From assembly GCF_009914755.1 (NCBI RefSeq), contig NC_060926.1: DNA of 64,000 nucleotides; one strand, written 5' to 3'. The position numbers were made by a program, and so were the translations under genes. The DNA is from the human T2T-CHM13v2.0 reference genome, Homo sapiens. The notes below the pieces were generated by a model that saw only the letters and a list, made by a program, of their open reading frames with translations, searched no databases and had not been told where the DNA came from. Position 1 is the stretch's first letter, and every line of letters starts with the position of its first letter. Positions 1-17,303 of the stretch are shown one piece after another.

Positions 1-587
1 TTTTGCTTTGCTGAAAAGCTTCTCTTCCCAGTTCAGGACCCCAGGACAAGAGAGGGGTGAAGAGAAGCCTGGAAGCTCGCTGAAGCTCACTCTCTGGACC
101 TCGACCCTGAATACTGTCTTCATCTCAGGCTAAATATGGGGAATGTGGTGGAACAAAAGATTTCTGTTTAAGGGTTTGGTGCTGAATCATGAGTATTTCT
201 GAGCCACTTAGATGGTTAATGGGGGCAACAGGATGGCATTCTTGAAACTGGCTCCCAGGAAGGAGGGCAGTTACATTCTGGCGGGTGCCCTGCGTCAGTG
301 TCTGCACTGTGGGACTGTAAGCCGTGGAGGCAGGAGGTCCTCTCTTAGGCTTTTCTCAAGTCCTCCCTTGTCCTCCCCTTCAAGGCCTGAGCCCTGAATC
401 TTACACAAAACAAAGATTTAAAAGACATGGGCTTGAGAAGCAGGAGGGAAACAAATGCCTGGAAGCCTCTGGACTTCTGCCCTCTTTCCCCAAACAACCA
501 GGTACACTGCCCTCCTGCTGCCTTCTTCCATCACAAACAGCACCATCTCCCAGGCCCTCTGTATAATCTGAGGACTCCCAGCTTTCA

Positions 588-797
<210 letters not shown>

Positions 798-1989
798 TCA
801 ATGCAGGGCTGGGGTGTGGGAAGGTCTGCAGGGCTGGCAATGGGCAAGCTCAGGAATGGTGGGGGAGACAGTTGGAGCCACGGCAGGGACAATGGAGCTC
901 AGAAGGTCCCTCTGTCATCCCTTTTGGAACCCATCGATCTGGAAAATTTGGGGCAGTGTCCTTTTCCGTAGGTACTGGAGGCACTGGCTTGACATACTAC
1001 AGCCCTCCCAGGAGGCCCAGAAGGTAGATGTTATAACTACCCCCATTTTCCAGATGAAGAAACTGAGCCTCTGGGATCTGCGGAAGCTCCCAGAGCTGGA
1101 GGGTTTGGTGGAGCTGGGAAACTGTGCTGTGAGTGTAGGGCCCAGGGACTAACTGCTCCTTCTGCTGCCTGGACCTTCTGGAGAAGGGCTCTTCTGGGAG
1201 GGCCCCACAGCAGGGGTATGGGGTTAGGGGCCAAAGAGGACATCCATATATATGAACCTTTTAGCCTCGCTAGGTATGAGTGTGTGTGTTTGTGTGCATG
1301 GGGGGCTGAGGGGAGGTGTGAGGGTTAAGGATGGGAGAGGAGGGAGAGCCCCAGAGGGCACACACCCTCAGGAAGCTGTGTCCTGGGACTTGGAGTAGTT
1401 TGTTGTTCCATCCTGAGTCTGCCGCTTTAAGCAAACTCAACGTATAAATTTACACAAAGTAAATCAGATCACCTCCTTCTGTTAATGGATTCTTGAGTTT
1501 TCCAAAGGAATTATTTACCGAAGAAATTACTTAAGAATTCCCTTACATAACAAAAACAAAGTCAAACTGATCACCACAGCTACTACCGGTGCTTGGTAAA
1601 GAGCTTAAAGTTTGTAAAGCACTTTCCCATACATTATGATCTTTTATTTTCAAGACTACCCCATGAGGTACTCATGGATACTACCAATTTATAGAAAAGG
1701 AAACTGGAGTGCAGCATGATTAAGCAGTTTGCCTCAAATCACACTGTTGTTAAATGTCAGAGTAGAACTCGACCTTAGGGCTCTTGACTCCAAATTGCAG
1801 ATAATCCCTTTATTCACTTATGCGATAATTCCATTTACAAAGCTAGATTCCTGCCAACCCTGAGACTCAATGAATGTCCACCCAGCCTTTCAGAAACTCA
1901 CCTACGATTGGGAGCTATGTGGTTCTGAGTCTCCTTCCGCAGACTCTTTGGAGGGGTTGCTCGAAACTCCCTGACTCTGGAGCTGACCT

Positions 1990-2230
1990 GTCTAGAGTCA
2001 AATCCTTACTTCCCATTTCCTGGTTATGTAAACTTGGACAAGTCACTTAGCCTCTCTGAGTGAGTGACTTACAGGTGAACCTTGGTTTCCTTATCTGTAA
2101 AATGGGCCAAATAATTATCCCTATCTCATTTGGTTTAATGAGAATTAAATGACAAAATATGTATTAAATGCTTAGCACCATGCTTCAAATATACAGGGAG
2201 TGCTCAATAAATCTAAGCTTTTATTATTTT
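1990..2230. mobile_element. MIR SINE
   Basis: CTTGGACAAGTCACTTAGCCTCTCTGAG...TTTCCTTATCTGTAAAATGGG core. Other MIR fragments lie near 1.0, 1.6, 5.6, 7.3, 17.7, 19.2, 38.4 and 63.2 kb. Confidence 0.75.
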
Positions 2231-2554
2231 CCCATTAAACAGGTGCGAAAATAAAGCTCAATGGAGGCTTAAATCAGTCATCCAACCAGTCTTAAGGCCT
2301 GGGTTGGGGTTAGTGGGAGCTGCTTTATTGCCAGACAAGTAGGCATTTATACAGGAAGAAGAGAGATGAAGAGGAGCAGCCTAAAGCAGAGAAAGGCTAC
2401 TGGATCCTCTCCTTGTCTAGGAAGTCAATGACGGACTGAGAACACAGTAAGAAAGTTCCTTAGGGGCAGAGACTAAGTCTAACGTAAATCAAGCAAAAAA
2501 CATGGGTAAAAAAAGGAAGGGGGTAAAGAAGTAAAAAAGCAAAGAAAAAAAAAC

Positions 2555-2636
2555 CTAAGAAATAATCTAATCGAAACATCTATTTAACAGATGAAAAACT
2601 AAGAAATAATCTACTCTAAACATCTGTTTAACAGAT
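2555..2636. repeat. Imperfect tandem duplication with 44-bp period
   Basis: CTAAGAAATAATCTA.TC.AAACATCT.TTTAACAGAT at 2555 and 2599. Confidence 0.85.
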
Positions 2637-3269
2637 AACACAGCTGTGACATAGGGAAGTAAAGACATTTGGCCAAGGTCACATATTCAGTGAAAGCCAG
2701 AACTAGAACCCTGGCCCCGTCCTTCCACAATGGCACTCTCTCTTGCATCTCCCAGTGCCAACTGCCTCCTGTTTAACTCAGGTCTCCCGGGTTTCAGCCG
2801 ATTCTCTACTGGCCACACAGCAAGGGCCCTCTCACCTTTTACCACACCCTACCCAATGGCAAACACAGTGAGCTCTAGAGGACAAGGGAGAGAGGTGGAA
2901 AACATGATGTGTTTACCCTCTCATTTTGTCACTCATTCATGCATTCACTCACTCACCCACTTATTTATGTATTTAACTACCATTTACCGAGTACCTCAGT
3001 CACATGGAACCTGGGGCAGGGGATGGAGCTCGGTAGGTGGTACACACCTGGGTGTGGCATCTTCCCGTCATCAGATGTGCCTACCTGCTTGCAGTCACAG
3101 CAGATGAAACGTCTCTGCCCCGATGAAAGGCCAACCCTGCCTCTTTGCTCTGCATCCCACCCTACTCACCTTTCCAAGGATTTGGCCGCTCCAATGATCC
3201 CGTTTTCTGTTTCATCAGTCTCTCCCTTCACCCTGCAAACATATTCTGCTATCTTCTGTCTTTAAAAAA

Positions 3270-4465
3270 TCCTCTTCCTATCCCCACATTCCTCTCTAGC
3301 TACCAGTGCCTTTCTCTGCCCCATGGTCTCTGCCTTCACCTTCTTATCCCTTCCTATCAGGCCAACTCTGATCCCCTCAAGTCCCCACAGTCTCTAACTC
3401 CATCATACCAATGGTCACTTCTATATCCTCAATTCCCTTGACCTTTTAGCTCATCCCTGTCTCATGCCTTTGGGTTTGTGATGCCCAGTCTTCTGTTTGC
3501 TTTGTAACTCAGTTGTCTTTCCTACTCATTCTCCTTGCTGTTCCTTCTCTGTTAGAGCTCTAAATTGTTGAAGAACCCCAGGCTTGGTTTCTAGTAGTCT
3601 TGTCATTAAATGACAGCTTTGTGCAATGGCTGAAATTTATACTGTAGTCAGGATTCTTTCCTGGCTTCAGACACACATGATGTACCTGCTGACTTATTAA
3701 AACTGGACATTTAGTAGGCATCTCAATCATAACACGGCCCAAAAAACTCTTGATTTCCACTTGCCATCTACTACATCACTTCCCCTCCTGGTCTGCCATA
3801 TATATACTTGCCACCATCATCCATGCCCCAAACCTACAAATGATTCTTGTTTCCTCTATTTTCTCATCCCAACAGCCAATCTACCAGCAAGGTTTGCTGG
3901 CTTTGCAACCAAAATATATTTTCAGGGTCTCTTTTTCCCTCCTTCACTGCTAATTCCCTAACTCAAGCCACTGTCATCTCTTGCAAGAACTACTGCAACT
4001 GTCCCCTAACTGGTCTTTGTACTTTCTCTCTTGACTATGTACAATTCATTTTCCTAGAAATCAGAGTAGCCTTTTAAAACTCGACCCAGCCACTACAATT
4101 TTGTGCTACCATGCTAAACTAGTTCCTGCCTTAGGCCCTTTGCCCTTGCTGTTCTTTGGTCCAGGGATGGTCTGCCCCAGTTTATCACTTGAATGGTCAC
4201 TTTGAACACCTTCTCAGAGAGGCCTCCCCTGACAGCCCAATCTAAAGTAGTTATCTCCTCTCCCTGTGGCTCTTTATTACATCATCCCATTTTATTGTCT
4301 TCACAGACAATAAATTATTATGTTCATTCATTGACTTATTTATTGTCCATTTGTCTTCACCATTAGGTTATAAGCTCCAGGAATAAAGGAATCTGACTTA
4401 TTCACTGCTGTATCCCCAGCATCCTATACAGTAGACCTTCAACCAGTATTTGTTAAGTGAAAAAG
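3270..4465 (+). mobile_element. L2 LINE 3' fragment
   Basis: Pyrimidine-rich degenerate body ending in the L2 3' motif TTCACTGCTGTATCCCCAGC...TATTTGTTAAGTGAA. Confidence 0.7.
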
Positions 4466-4469
4466 TGGT

Positions 4470-5322
<853 letters not shown>

Positions 5323-5366
5323 CTAGAACTGGTTGAGAATCATTGACTGTTAATGGAGTCAAAACA

Positions 5367-5448
5367 AAAAATAAAATAAAATAAAATAAAATAAAAAAAT
5401 AAAATAAAATAAAATATAAAATAAAATAAAATAAAATAAAATAAAATA
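5367..5448. repeat. (AAAAT)n microsatellite
   Basis: Seen directly. Confidence 0.95.
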
Positions 5449-5544
5449 GAAACAGAAGGTGAATAGACAAGGGAAATCTGTCCTAGCCCTTTTCCTGTGC
5501 TCCTCTCTTGCAGCTTGTGTCTTTATTTCTGGTATGGTAGGAGG

Positions 5545-5785
5545 CAGTATGGTGTAGAGGAAAGAGCCTTAGACTTGAAATTGAAAAATCCATGTTTGCA
5601 TAACTCAGCCACTTAGTATGATTATGACCCTGAGCACACCACTTTGCTTTTGCTTCAGTTTCCTTATCCATAAAACTGGGATAGTATTAGCCTCTTAGTC
5701 TTATGGTCAGGGTAAAATTAGAAATAAAGTTATACATATTTGAATGGCTAGACATGCAAAAGTACATAATAAGTGATCACTTCCT
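5545..5785. mobile_element. MIR SINE
   Basis: TTCAGTTTCCTTATCCATAAAACTGGGATA core motif. Confidence 0.7.
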
Positions 5786-7210
5786 TCCTTTCACAATTGA
5801 TTGATGAATGTCTTTGGCATGCCTTGCTTTAAGCATTTATCATGTACCTAACATGAATGCAGTAGGTGTTCGATGAAAGTTTATTCACTTTAATTGCAGG
5901 AGTCCCCATTCAACCAACTGGGAGATTGCAAGCAGTGGTAAGAGACGGACATAGAATTTTTCCACAAAAAAATTTCCTTAAGAATTCATTTGCACAGTGC
6001 CATTCCTAGGAACCAAGTGATTCATTTAAATAGTATTGCATTTTCTAAAACTGATTTTCATGGAACTCACTGGGAGCCCAACTGTGTAGGGCAAGGTCCC
6101 TCCTTTGTGGATTTCACTTGCAGTCAGTGTCCTAGTTGTGCTATTTTTTTTCTTTTTCACAGAACCCACTCAGGATTCTTTCTGGAAACAACCTGGGGGA
6201 CTTTGATGAGAGGCTCAAGCCTTCTAGCTACCTCACAGGTCAGACTCTGGGCCCCAGGAACCCCTTGCCCTGGGCCTGCCCTCAGGGAATGATTCATAAT
6301 TAAGAGAAAAGCCTTGTGCTTTATGTTTCTTCCTCCTCCTCTAAGCAGGCGGCAGGGGAAGGTGGAGGGGTTGGAAGGGGAATGGGGGGAACCGACTGGA
6401 GACTGGGATTTTGATTGAGAGGCCCCATTATCCACACTCTTAAAAAAATAACCGAATCTTTTCCTTTTTTATCTTGACCAATCTCATTTCACGCTCCAGA
6501 AGAGGAAGGGAGGGAGGGAGGGAGTCCGGGGCCAGGAGGGACAGAGGAGTCAGTATTCTGTATTTTCAACGCTGCATTAAGCACATCGCCACGGTAACCA
6601 GGCAGCAACAAGTGCCAGCTCAGCAGGTTCCCAGGGAGCACAGAGCATTTCTCCCTCCCTCTTTCTCTCCCTCCCTTCCCTCTGCCCAGGAGATCCCAGC
6701 CCACCTGCCTCTGCATAGGGTGCCCAGAGTGGGTGGCTGGCAAAGATTAACTCCTGCCGGCAAGGAAGGGAAGCAGGCCTAGGTAAATACGCCAAGTCTC
6801 TGGGGTCACAGCCAGAGAGGCTGGCCTAGGGCTGGCATGGGGGTCACAGATGCCTTGTGTTCAGAGCTCTTTCCAGAAACTCCAGGTCCCAGGCCTTTTT
6901 GACCAGTGACAATGGCTCAATTATGTCTCATCCATCCCAAAGTCTTCCCTACATGGCTCCTAAAAAATTGAGACTTGCCCAAGGAAACTCCCATTATCTT
7001 CATTTGTCCAGACCTTGTCATCTTGAATCATCATTGGATGATGACTGGCAGACAAAGAAACCCAAATGACTGGCAGGCAGGTTCCAGAACAGTCCAAATG
7101 AGGATGGAGAGCTACTCCAGGCTCATTTCATCCTCTATAGTACTCTTAGAGTACCTAGAACCCGGGTCCTATCCATGCAGGCTTGAGAGAGAGATGTGAA
7201 GCATATATTT

Positions 7211-7257
7211 CATCATCATCATCGTCATCGTCATCATCATCATCATCATCATCATCA
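7211..7257. repeat. (CAT)n trinucleotide repeat with CGT interruptions
   Basis: catcatcatcatcgtcatcgtcatcat... Confidence 0.95.
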
Positions 7258-7572
7258 ATACCCTTCAGATTCAGATTTTACAGAACGGGCAAACTGGGAT
7301 TCATCAGAGTTAAATCACTGGGAGACCAGCACTGCTTGAGGGTAGGGTTCATCTTCCACTCACAGTGTTTTGGGGCCCTTAGAGTGCTCTCCATTTATGC
7401 TCACTGATTCACTGGAAGAAGTGGTGGAGCTTGGATTTGAACACAGACCTGTCTCAGCCCCTCCCTTTTCATCATGGAGGGTAATGTAGCAGGCCTGGGA
7501 AGAAGGAGGCCGAGCTGGGGCAAGTTAAATAGGGAGTCAGGACTGCACTGGGACATCGTCTCCAGGCATTTA

Positions 7573-7923
<351 letters not shown>

Positions 7924-8831
7924 CTACAGCCATTCTCCAAACCCACTTCCTCCTGCCCCCACTCCTCATCTGAGCCCAAGTTCTTTTCACCTCTGTCTGG
8001 TCTTCTGCAGGACAGAGGCTCCACCATGCAGGGAGCACTTGTTACTGCAGTCTCACACTGTTCCCTGTTCTCCAGTGGTTTTGTTTACGTGATTGTTATC
8101 TTATTAATCCACAAGAATGTCCTGGTATTGGAGGCTGAGGTTATGTCTTCTGTTTTTTGTTACCCCCAACAGGAGCCAGCAGAGCAGTGGGTATAGCTGG
8201 CCTCCATAAATACATTTGAGACCACTTAACTCAGAGCTCATCCCTTTCATTCCCGGCTCTGAGGAGTACCAAGAATAAGACCCTATGAAGGGATGGCATG
8301 TATGTGGGCCACTAACTCATCACTATTTTTTGGGGGGCCTGTGACAGACATTGCTAATCAACCACTATACCATTTCCCCCTGAGTAGAGGGGGCCTTCCA
8401 AGTGGATGCAATCTATCAGAGTTGCCAGGTACAGGAAACCGATTGGCTAACCCCAACCTAGAAGGAGATGTGGCGGAGATATTTAGCTTTTACATGACCA
8501 CAAGCCACATATCTGTCCATTCTATTTTGAAAAGAACCATTTTTAGCAAAACAGACACCAATCTCTCTGTTTATCTATAGCTTGTGGGTCATACCCCCAC
8601 CTTGGTGATACCAAATCAGCTCTGTAAAGACCTCATTTCCCGGCTCTGCTTCTCCTCTACATCGAGAAATCACTTTCCCATTTTGGAGGCCCCACCTGAC
8701 CTGGCGAGCATCTCCCCATCTACTGCATATAACAATGAACATAAACATGATCCCTTGCCCCTGCCCCTCTTCTATTGCTCCTGTGTCCTGCAGGCCCCAA
8801 TCAGATTCTCCTTCACCCCAAGATTCTTGGC

Positions 8832-8965
8832 AAGGTGACAATACACCCTGGTTTGCCAAGGTGTACCCAGGTGATGACCAGTATCCCAGCATATTTGTTA
8901 ATAATGCCCATTTCATTCTCAAAATGCTCCAGTTGGAATAATGAGTTATTTGCTCTTCCTAGTTC
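8832..8965. mobile_element. MER94/MER81-like hAT-Blackjack fossil
   Basis: Begins AAGGTGACAATACACCCTGGTTTGCC, resembling the Blackjack terminal repeat. Confidence 0.5.
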
Positions 8966-8978
8966 TTGGTGATATTTA

Positions 8979-9205
8979 CAGAGTTTCTCAGTCTCAGCAA
9001 CATTGGCATGTTAGGCTGCACAATTCTTTGCTGCAGGAGGCTGTCCTGTGCATTGTAGGATGTTTAGCAGCATTTCTGGCCTCCATCCAGTAGATACCAG
9101 CAGCAGTTTTCACCCAGTGTGACAACAAAAATGCCTCCAGACATTGCCATATGTCCTCAGCAGGAGGTAGTAAGGGCAAAATCGCTGCTGGCTAAGAACC
9201 ATTGT
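8979..9205. mobile_element. MER20-like hAT-Charlie fossil
   Basis: Motifs TGTCCTGTGCATTGTAGGATGTTTAGCAGCAT and TGTGACAAC..AAATG.CTCCAGACATTGCC. Confidence 0.8.
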
Positions 9206-12200
9206 GTTGGACTATGACTCTTTTACCCAAATGCCTTCTGCCTCTTCCATTTTGGGGGCTGCTTTTTCCTCCCAGGACCTGTGTGGGCCACCTGTGAGCC
9301 CTGTTAACCAACTTACCAAATTCATCTCCTCTATGGCACTGCTTGTCCAACTATCCACCCATCAGTCCCCCCCAGGTCCTTCATACCTCAGCCCCTTCAA
9401 GGGGTGCCTGGTCATGACAGAAGGGAAGGAAGGCCCCATGAAAGCCTGTAAGTTGCCAATACTGCAGTGACTACCTCCTCCTTATCTCTCTTTCTGGAGA
9501 TTCCCCAAAGACAGTGTTCATTCACTAAATACTTACTGAGTAAATACTATATTCTAGACACTTTTCTAAGCACTTGGGTATATAGCAGAAAGCCAGGATG
9601 CTAAATTAGCAAGGCTGGGCACTAAATCAAGAAGGGACATAGGCTGGGATAGGCATTTGGAGCCAAGCCCAAGGGGTCAATGAACAAAAACCAGGCACAC
9701 ACAACTTCTTCCCTTCCTCTAGAGGGCAGGGCCTGGGAATCAGAGGGCCTGGAGTCCTTATACTGCTTCTGTGGCTAGTTTTCTGAGTGCCCTTAGATAA
9801 GCCTAGTATGTGCCCCAAGGGTCAGTTTCTTCATATGCAAAATGGAAAAAAAAACATAGCTGTAGGCACCTTATTACAATTTCTATGAGGTTATCTGCAT
9901 AATTCAGAGCCAGGGTTTCATGCTACAGGTGGACATTGATTAGCACAATGGACACATTCTAGAAATGGTTATATGCCAGTGAACTCCTACAGAATAAAGA
10001 GCCATCAGTGTTCATTGTTTAAAACCGTGTGAATGTTTTGGTAAACCTGAACACCACCTTCTAATTTGTTTGACTTTTCCTGCAGTGTCCAGCTGTGCTT
10101 GGCACTGGACCAAATGGGGTGAAACCCACTAGAATTCTACAGGTGTGTTCAGTTTACCTGACACAAGGTCATCAAGGGAACAAATGAAGGGCTGGAAACA
10201 CAGGAGGGGAAAAGAGAATTTTAAGATATTTAGACGCAGAGGGAGAAATATGCAGAAGCTATACTGAGATAAAATCTGAGCTTTCTTTGAAGAAGAATAC
10301 AACACAATCGACCCTCAAACTCAGCCCCCTTGGCCCTCAGATGAAGCACCGGCTAGGCAAGAGGGAAGGAGTGACAGGAAGTCTGTGAGAGCAGGAGGAG
10401 CACAGAGCAGGGACAGGTGGTGAGGGAGGGAGTGATGGAAGAAGGTGGTGGCGGATTCAGGCCTGCTTCCTTCTTTTCTCTTCCCTCCCTACCTCTTCCT
10501 CCATGAGAGAGAGAGAAAGGGAACTCCAGATCCAGGCTGGACCCTGGATGAAAGACAGCCACTTAATTCTCTGAACCACGTCTTCCTGCCTGTCACATAA
10601 GGAACTAGTTTAGATTTCAGCTTGTAAACTGGATTCACCTGACTACCTGATTGGCTGGTAGGGACCTCCTGGCACCCAGTGTTGAGAAGGATTCTGAGGC
10701 AGCCTGTGTCTGCCATGATCGGGGTGGGGAGCAGTGGGAGGTGGTCTTGACTCTCAGGTCACCTGTTTGCTGGTGCTGGCCTTGTGCCCTGCAGGGCTGC
10801 TTCTGGCCTGGCAGCCTGTGGCCCCGCACTCCCCTTCCCCCTGCCTTCATCCTGTTCCTTCTCGTTCTATTACCTGAACCTGCTGCCTCTCGAGCCTGGC
10901 AGAGTAGCAGGCAGAGTTCCAGGGCATATACTCCCCTTACAACACAGCTTAATATGGTCCAGAGGTGCCCCCACGGGGCTCCACCGCATGAGAACTAGCC
11001 CCTACATTGATCTTATAAATGGAATTCATCAGTCTCACTCCCCTGTACTCTACGATTTTTAATCTTCATCTCCCCTCAGTCACCTAATGTCTTCCCAATG
11101 GGGTAGAGGCTTCTGAATCGGACATCAGAACAGACGCCTGAGGCTTCCTGCCATGAAAGCTGGTCTTCCTGGAAAGACTGGTAAGACTTTCTTCAGCATG
11201 GCTCTCACCCAGACTATGGCACAATAAACTCTCCCAACAGCCCTACAAAACTCTTTGCTCCAATTGCTTAAATGCATAGTTTCTTCCAAAAAGCCAAGAA
11301 GCTTGCAAGCCTTCTTAGAAACAAAACCACAGAAGCTGTGGGGTGGAAACTCCATCACGGCCTAACCATGCCCTCTTACCTACTTCTCTGTTTTTAAGAC
11401 TCTTCATCATAAAACGATCCTCGCTATGAATTCCATCTCCTCTACACCCAAATTTCTTTCCAACGTGGTCCTATTTTAAGAAGTTGACAGAAAGCATAGG
11501 CCCATGTTGACTGGCCGTGGAGTTCTCTAAGAAAACTCTAGCTCCCCCTACACCTTGAAATATTGGTAAATATTCTAAATATTGGTAGAGGCCAGAATCA
11601 TAAAGCTATTGCCTGGAGGAATTCAGAGGGTAGAGGTGATTTCAGACTATTTTATTTTCCCCCTTTGAAGTCTGCCCTCCATGTAACCCCTTTTCAATTC
11701 CTTATCTCGTTCTGATAGCAAGGAGAATTTATGGCAACTCAGAAATCTCTTTGGCAGAACTAAATATAATTTTGTACAAAAGGATGGAGGAGGGGAATGG
11801 ACTCTTTGATGATAAAACCTAACTCATGGCTTTCCTTTGAGCTGAGCTGGAGGCAGTCCCAGAGCAGCTGGGACCAGGACGGCCTCGACATTGCTGTCTT
11901 GGCCAGTGTGTTGGGACTCCAGACTGGGGCTTCCAAAGGGAACTGGCAGCAATGTTAGGGGCACTCTTGCTATTCCCCAAACCTTGCTGTTTCTTCTTTC
12001 TTGGCTGACTGGGGATGAGCTGAGACTCAGAAGGATAGTCACCTTGGAAATCACACTATCAGAGCCACCAGGCGGAAATAAGTGACCCAGAGAAAAACGC
12101 TATGAAGTAGGTGAAGGAGTTGCAGGAGGCGGCAGCGAGGGTCCTTGGGAGTCACTCAGAGGCATGTGGAAGATTCACGCGGGTTAAAGCTGAGCTGATT

Positions 12201-12209
12201 ATGGAATGA

Positions 12210-12668
<459 letters not shown>

Positions 12669-13965
12669 TAACCTTCCCCACCGCCCCCCGTCATGTCCTC
12701 CCAGCTCTCTCACCATGGCTCAGCCACGTGTTAGGTATTGAGATCCAGTCTTGACCAGAGGCCTCAGGTGGACAGTCTGTAAGGAGCTCCAGGCCAACAC
12801 CCTGAGCTCAGCATGGACACCAGCCATCCCCTCCCTTGTGCCTGAGCTGCTTTCTGACTTGCTTCCTACTCTTGGCCATTTGCCTGGACCCCAGATCCTC
12901 CAAGGCTAGCACTCCTCACTCTTTTCAGAGCCTCTGCCTCTGTGCTGAATTGTCAACCCTTGGGCTAGGGGGCCCTGTGACCAGCCAGCAACCTTCAAAG
13001 TGCTCACACCTGCACTTCAGCATCATCTGGGCCTGGATTGGGGGCCACCAGCCTGAAAGATATGCCGGTGCTGCATATTTGGCTGCCTGCTTCCTACATG
13101 ACTACCTGGTGTCTGCTGCCAGCTGTTTTGTCCCATGGGTTGGGTGACCTCTCAGTCCTGCAGTTGGCCTGGAGAGTGGGCATGTCCACTAAATTAACAG
13201 CTGACAGTAGTTGGAGGCGTCACCTCTGACTGACTGCATGTTGACAGGAGATGCTAACAGGATGACAGGGAGGGGACAAAGTGTAGGGGCTTTGGGAGTA
13301 GGGAGTTTGCCCTGGGCTGTTCCAGTTGCACTTTACACTACAGCCTATGTCTGCACTCTGATACATCTATCCACTTCCAGATGCCCTACATCCTTCCCTC
13401 TCCTTCAGCTGGTCTTGCCAAGCTTCTCCGCGGCTTCCACAGCACCTGCTCCCCATCATCATGGGCACCACCACACCCTCACCCCTTGCCTGCCCCATGA
13501 CCGCCGCCAGCTCTAGCCTGCCATTCTCAGAAGACATGCAGGCTTGCGTAACTCCCTGTAACTGACATGAACCTCTTCTCCTCACCCCCTCCCCTCCCCT
13601 CCCCTCCCCTCCCTTCCCTTCCCCTCCCTTCCTCTCCACTATCCTCTCATTCCCCTCCCTACCCCGCATCCCATTTTCTCTGGCTGACATAATTTTACTC
13701 AGCTCACAGGTTTTGCTCTTTTCATCACTTTGGTCAAAACAAATGACCCATCTCTGCTGCCTTCACCCTCTTGAATTCTTGAACTCCAAGTCAACTCCTC
13801 GCTTTAGACCCTTAAACACCATCTCTCTGCCCACACACTGGATGTCCCTCTCTTCTAAGGAAACTTCTCACATTAGGTGCTGGGATGTACGGAGGAAAAA
13901 AAAAAAAAAAACCCGGGTGCCAGCCAGAAAGAAAATGTAGAGCCAGTTATAAAAAAGGGTCCATG

Positions 13966-14323
<358 letters not shown>

Positions 14324-14337
14324 TTAATCCTCTGGTG

Positions 14338-14481
14338 CAGTGGTTTCGAAGTCCAAGGGCTTTCTAGGGGCAGGGACCCCTTCTAAAAGAGCAGTTCTTC
14401 AGGGGTCTGGTGAGCATACATGTCTTCTGTAAAAGGCTTCATTTCAAGAGAGCATTGAGAGGCCCAAATTTGAAACCACTG
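14338..14481. mobile_element. hAT-Charlie-type MITE (MER5-like)
   Basis: Terminal inverted repeats CAGTGGTTTCGAA and TTTGAAACCACTG. Confidence 0.65.
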
Positions 14482-14918
14482 GTCCAGATGGACTGTCTGA
14501 CTCTGGGCTGCCTCTGTGACAGGTCTCACACACCCCACCCACGCACTGGTCTCTGCTCCAGCATTTCAAGGTCGTCGGGGTAGGAGGGTGTGGGAGGTGA
14601 AGAGGCATTTACTTCTGTCACTAAATACCCACACTCCTTGGAGACAGTGCCGCTATTAAAGAGATTCCTCCAATGCTGAACTGAGAGCTAGCTGGCTTCC
14701 TTCCCTGGTCCTGGGCCCCCACTGGGCCCACATCTAAAATAGTCCTATCCCTGTGGAAGCCCTTGAGGTATCTGAAGACCATATGGGTCTCTGCTTCCCA
14801 CTTTCACTGCATCTCAGGCCCTCTCCAACCCAAGCCAAGCGCTTGACTCTCAGCCATTCCTCAGGCCCTGGCTGGATGAGCGAAGGTCCTTCTGCCAGGA
14901 GGAGCCAGCTCCCCTTGA

Positions 14919-15382
<464 letters not shown>

Positions 15383-15709
15383 CGGTGCTTCCAGCTTTAA
15401 ATATTTTGAGGCAGTTGAGGTTCCTGATGGGAGGTCCCCCACTCCTCTCAAGTTGTTGAATCACTGAATTTATCATGTTTAACAGATGTCTGACTGTCCT
15501 CCCGGTGATGCTGTTAAGCTAGGAATGAAGATAGCTGCATCATGGAAACACAACTGGGACTGACCCTTGGCCTTTTTAGAAATTTGATCCAGAAATGGGC
15601 TCCAAAAGCCAATTCCTTTTTCCCTCCAAAATGTTCATTTTTCCTTCTATCTATTTATGCATTTACCAAGGCCAAGTTGCTACGTTACAGCACCCGGCTC
15701 CCGGCCTTA

Positions 15710-16267
<558 letters not shown>

Positions 16268-16430
16268 TCAGAGTCTGGGCTGGGGAGAGCCGGGGCCCAC
16301 GAGGCGTGGCAAGGCGGGGAGAGAGAAGCTAGACCTCCCTGCTGCGCTTCTGCAGCGAAAATGGAGAGACCCGGAAGGCGTGTGTGCGCCCGCCTCTCCC
16401 ACAGGAGGGAGCGCGGAGACCCGGGAGCGG

Positions 16431-17303
<873 letters not shown>

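Noticed and set aside
7183-7407. Poly-serine ORF
   Set aside because: It is the translation of the intronic (CAT)n microsatellite.
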